Below, one piece after another: positions 13,501-24,900 of a stretch of DNA of 43,721 bases (positions are counted from its first letter, which is position 1; each line of letters begins with the position of its first letter). The notes beneath the pieces were generated by a model, which had not been told where the DNA came from, ran no database searches, and worked only from the letters and a program-made list of their open reading frames with translations. Both the position numbers and the translations under genes were made by a program. Origin of the DNA: Utricularia gibba. Its lineage: Eukaryota; Plantae; Magnoliophyta. The DNA lies in contig NEEC01000285.1 of NCBI GenBank assembly GCA_002189035.1, positions 1-43,721 on the forward strand, given 5' to 3'.

Positions 13501-15623
13501 AGCGAGAAATCACATTCGCGTCGAATCGGAAGCCCCGAGTCGCATCATCGCGAACGTCGTGGCCACTTTGTGGCACAATTGAAGGCTAATATAAGGCAAT
13601 AATTCGAGCTCTGATATATCGTCGGACGACAAAGCTTCAAAACGGAAGATGACCGCCTCGGAATGAGCTTCGAAACGGTGTGTCGTGCAAACGTGGCTCA
13701 TCACGGTTTTCAAGATATCGATAAAATACGGAATGGTGCACGAGGCCTGCATCAGGTGTGGGTTGGAACACACCGTGGCATTGTAAGGGATCGCCTCTAA
13801 AACAAAATTTCACACCTTCCAATGAAATGCATATGTTTTGAAGCGAGAAATCCATTCGCGTCGAATCGGAAGCCCGAGTCGCATCATCGCGAACGTCGTG
13901 GCCACTTTGTGGCACAATTGAAGGCTAATAAGGCAATAATTCGAGCTCTGATACATCGTCGGACGACGAAGCTTCAAAAACGGAAGATGACCGCCTCGGA
14001 ATGAGCTTCGAAACGGTGTGTCGTGCGCAACGTGGCTCATCACGGTTTTCAAGATATCGACAAAATACGGAATGGTGCACGAGGCCTTCATCAGGTGTGG
14101 GTTGGAACACAACCGTGGCATTGTAAGGGATCGCCTCAAAAACGAAAATTTCACCTTCCAATGAAATCCATATGTCTTGAAAGCGAGAAATCCATTCGCG
14201 TCGAATCGGAAGTCCGAGGTCGCATCATCGCGAACGTCGTGGCCACTTTGTGGCACAATTGAAGGGTAATATAAGGCAATAATTCGAGCTCTGATATTCG
14301 TCGGACGACGAAGCTTCAAAACGGAAGATGACCGCCTGAATGAGCTTCGAAACGGTGTGTCGTAACGTGGCTCATCACGGTTTTCAAGATATCGACAAAA
14401 TACGAATGGTGCACGAGGCCTGCATCAGGTGTGGGTTGGAACACAACCGTGGCATTGTAAGGGATCGCCTCTAAAACAAAATTTCACACCTTCCAATGAA
14501 AATCATATGTTTGAAAGCGAGAAATCCCATTCGCGTCGAATCGGAAGTCCAGGTCGCATCATCGCGAACGTCGTGGCCACTTTGTGGCACAATTGAAGGC
14601 TAATATAAGGCAATAATTCGAGCTCTGATACATCGTCGGACGACAAAGCTTCAAAACGGAAGATGACCGCCTCGGAATGAGCTTCGAAACGGTGTGTCGT
14701 GCGCAACGTGGCTCATCACGGTTTTCAAGATATCGACAAAATACGGAATGGTGCACGAGGCCTTCATCAGGTGGGTTGGAACACAACCGTGGCATTGTAA
14801 GGGATCGCCAAAAACGAAAAATTTCACACCTTCCAATGAAATCCATATGTTTGAAAGCGAGAAATCCCATTCGCGTCGAATCGGAAGTCCGAGGTCGCAT
14901 CATCGCGAACGTCGTGGCCACTTTGTGGCACAATTGAAGGGTAATATAAGGCAATAATTCGAGCTCTGATATATTGTCGGACGACGAAGCTTCAAAAACG
15001 GAAGATGACCGCCCTGGAATGAGCTTCGAAACGGTGTGTCGTGCGCAACGTGGCTCATCACGGTTTTCAAGATATCGAGAAAATACGGAATGGTGCACGA
15101 GGCCTGCATCAGGTGTGGGTTGGAACACAACCGTGGCATTGTAAGGGATCGCCTCAAAACGAAAATTTCACACCTTCCAATGAAATGCATATGTTTTGCA
15201 AGCGAGAAATCACATTTGCGTCGAATTGGAAGCCCGAGTCGCATCATCGCGAACGTCGTGGCCACTTTGTGGCACAATTGAAGGGTAATATAAGGCAATA
15301 ATTCGAGCTCTGATATATTGTCGGACGACGAAGCTTCAAAAACGGAAGATGACCGCCTGGAATGAGCTTCGAAACGGTGTGTCGTGTGCAACGTGGCTCA
15401 TCACGGTTTTCAAGATATCAAAATACGGAATGGTGCACGAGGCCTGCATCAGGTGTGGGTTGGAACACACCGTGGCATTGTAAGGGATCGCCTCTAAAAC
15501 AAAATTTCACACCTTCCAATGAAATGCATATGTTTTTGAAGCGAGAAATCCATTCGCGTCGAATCGGAAGCCCGAGTCGCATCATCGCGAACGTCGTGGC
15601 CACTTTGTGGCACAATTGAAGGC

Positions 15624-15966
15624 TAATATAAGGCAATAATTCGAGCTCTGATACATCGTCGGACGACGAAGCTTCAAAAACGGAAGATGACCGCCTCGGA
15701 ATGAGCTTCGAAACGGTGTGTCGTGCGCAACGTGGCTCATCACGGTTTTCAAGATATCGACAAAATACGGAATGGTGCACGAGGCCTTCATCAGGTGTGG
15801 GTTGGAACACAACCGTGGCATTGTAAGGGATCGCCTCAAAAACAAAATTTCACACCTTCCAATGAAATCCATATGTTTGAAAGCGAGAAATCCATTCGCG
15901 TCGAATCGGAAGTCCGAGGTCGCATCATCGCGAACGTCGTGGCCACTTTGTGGCACAATTGAAGGC
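15624..15966. repeat. Representative monomer (343 bp)
   Basis: Runs TAATATAAGGCAATAATTCGAGCTC...GTGGCCACTTTGTGGCACAATTGAAGGC. Hand count: 165/343 G+C (48%) and 30 CpG. Used as the reference for monomer positions quoted below. Confidence 0.95.
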
Positions 15967-18900
15967 TAATATAAGGCAATAATTCGAGCTCTGATATTCG
16001 TCGGACGACGAAGCTTCAAAACGGAAGATGACCGCCTCGAATGAGCTTCGAAACGGTGTGTCGTGTGCAACGTGGCTCATCACGGTTTTCAAGATATCGA
16101 CAAAATACGGAATGGTGCACGAGGCCTGCATCAGGTGTGGGTTGGAACACACCGTGGCATTGTAAGGGATCGCCTCAAAACAAAATTTCACACCTTCCAA
16201 TGAAATCCATATGTTTGAAAGCGAGAAATCCCATTCGCGTCGAATCGGAAGTCCGAGTCGCATCATCGCGAACGTCGTGGCCACTTTGTGGCACAATTGA
16301 AGGCTAATATAAGGCAATAATTCGAGCTCTGATACATCGTCGAACGACAAAGCTTCAAAACGGAAGATGACCGCCTCGGAATGAGCTTCGAAACGGTGTG
16401 TCGTGCGCAACGTGGCTCATCACGGTTTTTCAAGATATCGAAAAATACGGAATGGTGCACGAGGCCTGCATCAGGTGTGGGTTGGAACACAACCGTGGCA
16501 TTGTAAGGGATCGCCCTAAAAAACAAAATTTCACACCTTCCAATGAAATCCATATGTCTTGAAAGCGAGAAATCCCATTCGCGTCGAATCGGAAGTCCGA
16601 GGTCGCATCATCGCGAACGTCGTGGCCACTTTGTGGCACAATTGAAGGGTAATATAAGGCAATATTCGAGCTCTGATATATTGTCGGACGACGAAGCTTC
16701 AAAACGGAAGATGACCGCCCTGGAATGAGCTTCGAAACGGTGTGTCGTGCGCAACGTGGCTCATCACGGTTTCAAGATATCGAAAAATACGGAATGGTGC
16801 ACGAGGCCTGCATCAGGTGTGGGTTGGAACACAACCGTGGCATTGTAAGGGATCGCCTCAAAACGAAAATTTCACACCTTCCAATGAAATGCATATGTTT
16901 GCAAGCGAGAAATCACATTTGCGTCGAATTGGAAGCCCGAGTCGCATCATCGCGAACGTCGTGGCCACTTTGTGGCACAATTGAAGGCTAATATAAGGCA
17001 ATAATTCGAGCTCTGATATATCGTCGGACGACGAAGCTTCAAAAACGGAAGATGACCGCCTGGAATGAGCTTCGAAACGGTGTGTCGTGCGCAACGTGGC
17101 TCATCACGGTTTCAAGATATCGAAAAATACGGAATGGTGCACGAGGCCTGCATCAGGTGTGGGTTGGAACACAACCGTGGCATTGTAAGGGATCGCCTCT
17201 AAAACAAAAATTTCACACCTTCCAATGAAATGCATATGTTTTGAAGCGAGAAATCCATTCGCGTCGAATCGGAAGCCCGAGGTCGCATCATCGCGAACGT
17301 CGTGGCCACTTTGTGGCACAATTGAAGGCTAATATAAGGCAATAATTCGAGCTCTGATACATCGTCGGACGACGAAGCTTCAAAAACGGAAGATGACCGC
17401 CTCGGAATGAGCTTCGAAACGGTGTGTCGTGCGCAACGGGCTCATCACGGTTTTCAAGATATCGACAAAATACGGAATGGTGCACGAGGCCTTCATCAGG
17501 TGTGGGTTGGAACACACCGTGGCATTGTAAGGATCGCCTCAAAAAACGAAAATTTCACACCTTCCAATGAAATCCATATGTCTTGAAAGCGAGAAATCCA
17601 TTCGCGTCGAATCGGAAGTCCAGGTCGCATCATCGCGAACGTCGTGGCCACTTTGTGGCACAATTGAAGGCTAATATAAGGCAATAATTCGAGCTCTGAT
17701 ACATCGTCGGACGACGAAGCTTCAAAACGGAAGATGACCGCCTCGAATGAGCTTCGAAACGGTGTGTCGTGAACGTGGCTCATCACGGTTTTCAAGATAT
17801 CGACAAAATACGGAATGGTGCAAGGCCTGCATCAGGTGTGGGTTGGAACACACCGTGGCATTGTAAGGGATCGCCTCTAAAACGAAAATTTCACACCTTC
17901 CAATGAAATCCATATGTTTTTGAAAGCGAGAAATCCCATTCGCGTCGAATCGGAAGTCCGAGTCGCATCATCGCGAACGTCGTGGCCACTTTGTGCACAA
18001 TTGAAGGCTAATATAAGCAATAATTCGAGCTCTGATACATCGTCGAACGACAAGCTTCAAAACGGAAGATGACCGCCTCGGAATGAGCTTCGAAACGGTG
18101 TGTCGTGCGCAACGTGGCTCATCACGGTTTCAAGATATCGACAAAATACGGAATGGTGCACGAGGCCTGCATCAGGTGTGGGTTGGAACACACGGCATTG
18201 TAAGGATCGCCTCAAAAACGAAAATTTCACACCTTCCAATGAAATGCATATGTTTGAAAGCGAGAAATCCCATTCGCGTCGAATTGGAAGTCCGAGTCGC
18301 ATCATCGCGAACGTCGTGGCCACTTTGTGGCACAATTGAAGGCTAATATAAGGCAATAATTCGAGCTCTGATATATTGTCGGACGACGAAGCTTCAAAAC
18401 GGAAGATGACCGCCCTGAATGAGCTTCGAAACGGTGTGTCGTGCGCAACGTGGCTCATCACGGTTTTCAAGATATCGACAAAATACGGAATGGTGCACGA
18501 GGCCTGCATCAGGTGTGGGTTGGAACACAACCGTGGCATTGTAAGGGATCGCCTCTAAAAACGAAAATTTCACACCTTCCAATGAAATGCATATGTTTTT
18601 GCAAGCGAGAAATCACATTTGCGTCGAATTGGAAGCCCGAGTCGCATCATCGCGAACGTCGTGGCCACTTTGTGGCACAATTGAAGGTAATATAAGGCAA
18701 TAATTCGAGCTCTGATATATTGTCGGACGACGAAGCTTCAAAAACGGAAGATGACCGCCTGGAATGAGCTTCGAAACGGTGTGTCGTGCGCAACGTGGCT
18801 CATCACGGTTTCAAGATATCGACAAAATACGGAATGGTGCACGAGGCCTTCATCAGGTGTGGGTTGGAACACAACCGTGGCATTGTAAGGGATCGCCTCT

Positions 18901-21900
18901 AAAACGAAAATTTCACACCTTCCAATGAAATGCATGTGTTTTGCAAGCGAGAAATCCATTTGCGTCGAATTGGAAGCCCCGAGTCGCATCATCGCGAACG
19001 TCGTGGCCACTTTGTGGCACAATTGAAGGGTAATATAAGGCAATAATTCGAGCTCTGATATATTGTCGGACGACGAAGCTTCAAAAACGGAAGATGACCG
19101 CCTGGAATGAGCTTCGAAACGGTGTGTCGTGCAAACGGCTCATCACGGTTTTCAAGATATCAAAATACGGAATGGTGCACGAGGCCTTCATCAGGTGTGG
19201 GTTGGAACACACCGTGGCATTGTAAGGGATCGCCTCTAAAACGAAAATTTCACACCTTCCAATGAAATGCATATGTTTTGAAAGCGAGAAATCCCATTCG
19301 CGTCGAATCGGAAGTCCCGAGTCGCATCATCGCGAACGTCGTGGCCACTTTGTGGCACAATTGAAGGCTAATATAAGGCAATAATTCGAGCTCTGATACA
19401 TCGTCGGACGACGAAGCTTCAAAACGGAAGATGACCGCCTGGAATGAGCTTCGAAACGGTGTGTCGTGCGAAACGTGGCTCATCACGGTTTCAAGATATC
19501 GATAAAATACGGAATGGTGCACGAGGCCTGCATCAGGTGTGGGTTGGAACACAACGTGGCATTGTAAGGGATCGCCTCAAAACGAAAATTTCACACCTTC
19601 CAATGAAATGCATATGTTTTTGCAAGCGAGAAATCCATTGCGTCGAATCGGAAGTCCGAGTCGCATCATCGCGAACGTCGTGGCCACTTTGTGGCACAAT
19701 TGAAGGCTAATATAAGGCAATAATTCGAGCTCTGATACATCGTCGAACGACAAAGCTTCAAAACGGAAGATGACGCCTCGGAATGAGCTTCGAAACGGTG
19801 TGTCGTGCGCAACGTGGCTCATCACGGTTTCAAGATATCGAAAAATACGGAATGGTGCACGAGGCCTGCATCAGGTGTGGGTTGGAACACACCCGTGGCA
19901 TTGTAAGGGATCGCCTCTAAAACGAAAATTTCACACCTTCCAATGAAATCCATATGTTTGAAAGCGAGAAATCCCATTCGCGTCGAATCGGAAGTCCGAG
20001 GTCGCATCATCGCGAACGTCGTGGCCACTTTGTGGCACAATTGAAGGGTAATATAAGGCAATAATTCGAGCTCTGATACATCGTCGGACGACGAAGCTTC
20101 AAAACGGAAGATGACCGCCTGGAATGAGCTTCGAAACGGTGTGTCGTGCGCAACGTGGCTCATCACGGTTTTCAAGATATCGAAAAATACGGAATGGTGC
20201 ACGAGGCCTGCATCAGGTGTGGGTTGGAACACACCGTGGCATTGTAAGGGATCGCCTCTAAAACAAAATTTCACACCTTCCAATGAAATCCATATGTTTT
20301 GAAAGCGAGAAATCCCATTCGCGTCGAATCGGAAGTCCGAGGTCGCATCATCGCGAACGTCGTGGCCACTTTGTGGCACAATTGAAGGGTAATATAAGGC
20401 AATAATTCGAGCTCTGATATATTGTCGGACGAAAGCTTCAAAACGGAAGATGACCGCCCTGAAATGAGCTTCGAAACGTGTGTCGTGCAACGTGGCTCAT
20501 CACGGTTTTCAAGATATCGATAAAATACGGAATGGTGCACGAGGCCTGCATCAGGTGTGGGTTGGAACACAACCGTGCCATTGTAAGGGATCGCCTCAAA
20601 AACAAAAATTTCACACCTTCCAATGAAATGCATATGTTTTTGCAAGCGAGAAATCCATTTGCGTCGAATCGGAAGCCCCGAGTCGCATCATCGCGAACGT
20701 CGTGGCCACTTTGTGGCACAATTGAAGGCTAATATAAGGCAATAATTCGAGCTCTGATACATCGTCGGACGACGAAGCTTCAAAAACGGAAGATGACCGC
20801 CTGGAATGAGCTTCGAAACGGTGTGTCGTGTGCAACAAGGCTCATCACGGTTTTCAAGATATCAAAAATACGGAATGGTGCACGAGGCCTGCATCAGGTG
20901 TGGGTTGGAACACAACCGTGGCATTGTAAGGGTTCGCCTCTAAAACAAAAATTTCACACCTTCCAATGAAATCATATGTTTTGAAGCGAGAAATCCATTC
21001 GCGTCGAATCGGAAGTCCGAGTCGCATCATCGCGAACGTCGTGGCCACTTTGTGGCACAATTGAAGGGTAATATAAGGCAATAATTCGAGCTCTGATATT
21101 GTCGGACGACGAAGCTTCAAAACGGAAGATGACCGCCTGGAATGAGCTTCGAAACGGTGTGTCGTGCGCAACGTGGCTCATCACGGTTTTCAAGATATCG
21201 AAAAATACGGAATGGTGCACGAGGCCTGCATCAGGTGTGGGTTGGAACACAACCGTGGCATTGTAAGGGATCGCCTCTAAAACAAAAATTTCACACCTTC
21301 CAATGAAATGCATATGTTTTGCAAGCGAGAAATCACATTTGCGTCGAATCGGAAGCCCCGAGTCGCATCATCGCGAACGTCGTGGCCACTTTGTGGCACA
21401 ATTGAAGGCTAATATAAGGCAATAATTCGAGCTCTGATATATTGTCGGACGACGAAGCTTCAAAAACGGAAGATGACCGCCTGGAATGAGCTTCGAAACG
21501 GTGTGTCGTGCGCAACGTGGCTCATCACGGTTTCAAGATATCGAAAATACGGAATGGTGCACGAGGCCTGCATCAGGTGTGGGTTGGAACACAACCGTGC
21601 ATTGTAAGGGATCGCCTCAAAACAAAAATTTCACACCTTCCAATGAAATGCATATGTTTGAAGCGAGAAATCCCATTCGCGTCGAATCGGAAGTCCGAGT
21701 CGCATCATCGCGAACGTCGTGGCCACTTTGTGGCACAATTGAAGGCTAATATAAGGCAATAATTCGAGCTCTGATACATCGTCGGACGACGAAGCTTCAA
21801 AAACGGAAGATGACCGCTCTGGAATGAGCTTCGAAACGGTGTGTCGTGTGCAACGGCTCATCACGGTTTTCAAGATATTTACAAAATACGGAATGGTGCA

Positions 21901-24900
21901 CGAGGCCTGCATCAGGTGTGGGTTGGAACACAACCGTGGCATTGTAAGGGATCGCCTCTAAAACAAAAATTTCACACCTTCCAATGAAATCCATATGTCT
22001 TGAAGCGAGAAATCCCATTCGCGTCGAATCGGAAGTCCGAGGTCGCATCATCGCGAACGTCGTGGCCACTTTGTGGCACAATTGAAGGCTAATATAAGGC
22101 AATAATTCGAGCTCTGATATATTGTCGAACGACAAGCTTCAAAACGGAAGATGACCGCCTCGGAATGAGCTTCGAAACGGTGTGTCGTGCGCAACGTGGC
22201 TCATCACGGTTTTCAAGATATCGATAAAATACGGAATGGTGCACGAGGCCTGCATCAGGTGTGGGTTGGAACACAACCGTGCATTGTAAGGGATCGCCTC
22301 TAAAAACGAAAATTTCACCCTTCCAATGAAATGCATATGTTTTGCAAGCGAGAAATCACATTTGCGTCGAATCGGAAGCCCGAGTCGCATCATCGCGACG
22401 TCGTGGCCACTTTGTGGCACAATTGAAGGCTAATATAAGGCAATAATTCGAGCTCTGATACATCGTCGGACGACGAAGCTTCAAAAACGGAAGATGACCG
22501 CTTGGAATGAGCTTCGAAACGGTGTGTCGTGCGCAACGTGGCTCATCACGGTTTTAAGATATCGACAAAATACGGAATGGTGCACGAGGCCTGCATCAGG
22601 TGTGGGTTGGAACACAACCGTGGCATTGTAAGGGATCGCCTCAAAAAACGAAAATTTCACACCTTCCAATGAAATGCATATGTTTGAAAGCGAGAAATCC
22701 ATTCGCGTCGAATCGGAAGTCCGAGTCGCATCATCGCGAACGTCGTGGCCACTTTGTGGCACAATTGAAGGGTAATATAAGGCAATAATTCGAGCTCTGA
22801 TACATCGTCGGACGACGAAGCTTCAAAACGGAAGATGACCGCCTGGAATGAGCTTCGAAACGGTGTGTCGTGCGCAACGTGGCTCATCACGGTTTTCAAG
22901 ATATCGACAAAATACGGAATGGTGCACGAGGCCTGCATCAGGTGTGGGTTGGAACACAACCGTGGCATTGTAAGGGATCGCCTCAAAACGAAAATTTCAC
23001 ACCTTCCAATGAAATCCATATGTTTTGAAAGCGAGAAATCCCATTCGCGTCGAATCGGAAGTCCGAGTCGCATCATCGCGAACGTCGTGGCCACTTTGTG
23101 GCACAATTGAAGGCTAATATAAGGCAATAATTCGAGCTCTGATACATCGTCGGACGACGAAAGCTTCAAAACGGAAGATGACCGCCTCGGAATGAGCTTC
23201 GAAACGGTGTGTCGTGTGCAACGTGGCTCATCACGGTTTCAAGATATCGACAAAATACGGAATGGTGCACGAGGCCTGCATCAGGTGTGGGTTGGAACAC
23301 AACCGTGGCATTGTAAGGGATCGCCTCAAAACGAAAATTTCACACCTTCCAATGAAATCATATGTTTTGAAGCGAGAAATCCATTCGCGTCGAATCGGAA
23401 GTCCCGAGTCGCATCATCGCGAACGTCGTGGCCACTTTGTGGCACAATTGAAGGCTAATATAAGGCAATAATTCGAGCTCTGATACATCGTCGAACGACA
23501 AAGCTTCAAAACGGAAGATGACCGCCTCGGAATGAGCTTCGAAACGGTGTGTCGTGCGCAACGTGGCTCATCACGGTTTTCAAGATATCGACAAAATACG
23601 GAATGGTGCACGAGGCCTTCATCAGGTGTGGGTTGGAACACAACCGTGGCATTGTAAGGGATCGCCTCTAAAACGAAAATTTCACACCTTCCAATGAAAT
23701 GCATATGTTTTGCAAGCGAGAAATCACATTTCGTCGAATTGGAAGCCCCGAGTCGCATCATCGCGAACGTCGTGGCCACTTTGTGGCACAATTGAAGGCT
23801 AATATAAGGCAATAATTCGAGCTCTGATACATCGTCGGACGACGAAGCTTCAAAAACGGAAGATGACCGCTCTGGAATGAGCTTCGAAACGGTGTGTCGT
23901 GTGCAACGTGGCTCATCACGGTTTTCAAGATATCGACAAAATACGGAATGGTGCACGAGGCCTGCATCAGGTGTGGGTTGGAACACAACCGTGGCATTGT
24001 AAGGGTCGCCTCTAAACAAAAATTTCATACCTTCCAATGAAATCCATATGTTTGAAAGCGAGAAACCCATTCGCGTCGAATCGGAAGTCCGAGGTCGCAT
24101 CATCGCGAACGTCGTGGCCACTTTGTGGCACAATTGAAGGCTAATATAAGGCAATAATTCGAGCTCTGATATATTGTCGAACGACAAAGCTTCAAAACGG
24201 AAGATGACCGCCTCGGAATGAGCTTCGAAACGGTGTGTCGTGCGAAACGTGGCTCATCACGGTTTTCAAGATATCGATAAAATACGGAATGGTGCACGAG
24301 GCCTGCATCAGGTGTGGGTTGGAACACAACGTGCATTGTAAGGGATCGCCTCTAAAACAAAATTTCACACCTTCCAATGAAATGCATATGTTTTGAAGCG
24401 AGAAATCACATTTCGTCGAATCGGAAGTCCCGAGTCGCATCATCGCGAACGTCGTGGCCACTTTGTGGCACAATTGAAGGCTAATATAAGGCAATAATTC
24501 GAGCTCTGATACATCGTCGGACGACGAAGCTTCAAAACGGAAGATGACCGCCTGGAATGAGCTTCGAAACGGTGTGTCGTGTGCAACAAGGGCTCATCAC
24601 GGTTTTCAAGATATTTACAAAATACGGAATGGTGCACGAGGCCTGCATCAGGTGTGGGTTGGAACACACCGTGGCATTGTAAGGGTTCGCCTCTAAAAAA
24701 AAAATTTCACACCTTCCAATGAAATCCATATGTCTTGAAGCGAGAAAACCCATTCGCGTCGAATCGGAAGTCCGAGGTCGCATCATCGCGAACGTCGTGG
24801 CCACTTTGTGGCACAATTGAAGGGTAATATAAGGCAATAATTCGAGCTCTGATACATCGTCGGACGACGAAGCTTCCAAAACGGAAGATGACCGCCAAAT

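Noticed and set aside
15788-15794. Hammerhead ribozyme core (CTGATGA on the minus strand), as in newt, cricket and schistosome satellites
   Set aside because: CTGATGA exists only in the GGCCTTCATCAG variant; most units read CTGATGC. No stem II closed by GAAA follows. The second near-match (GTGATGAG) lacks C3.
15794-15805. Telomere-like G-rich word GGTGTGGGTTGG
   Set aside because: It is a single 12-bp word per monomer. No tandem TTTAGGG, TTAGGG or TG1-3 tract was seen anywhere in the window.
15894-15911. CENP-B box-like motif ATTCGCGTCGAATCGGAA
   Set aside because: Against NTTCGNNNNANNCGGGN, the spacer is one base too long and CGGA replaces CGGG. The TTCG is also polymorphic (TTTG).
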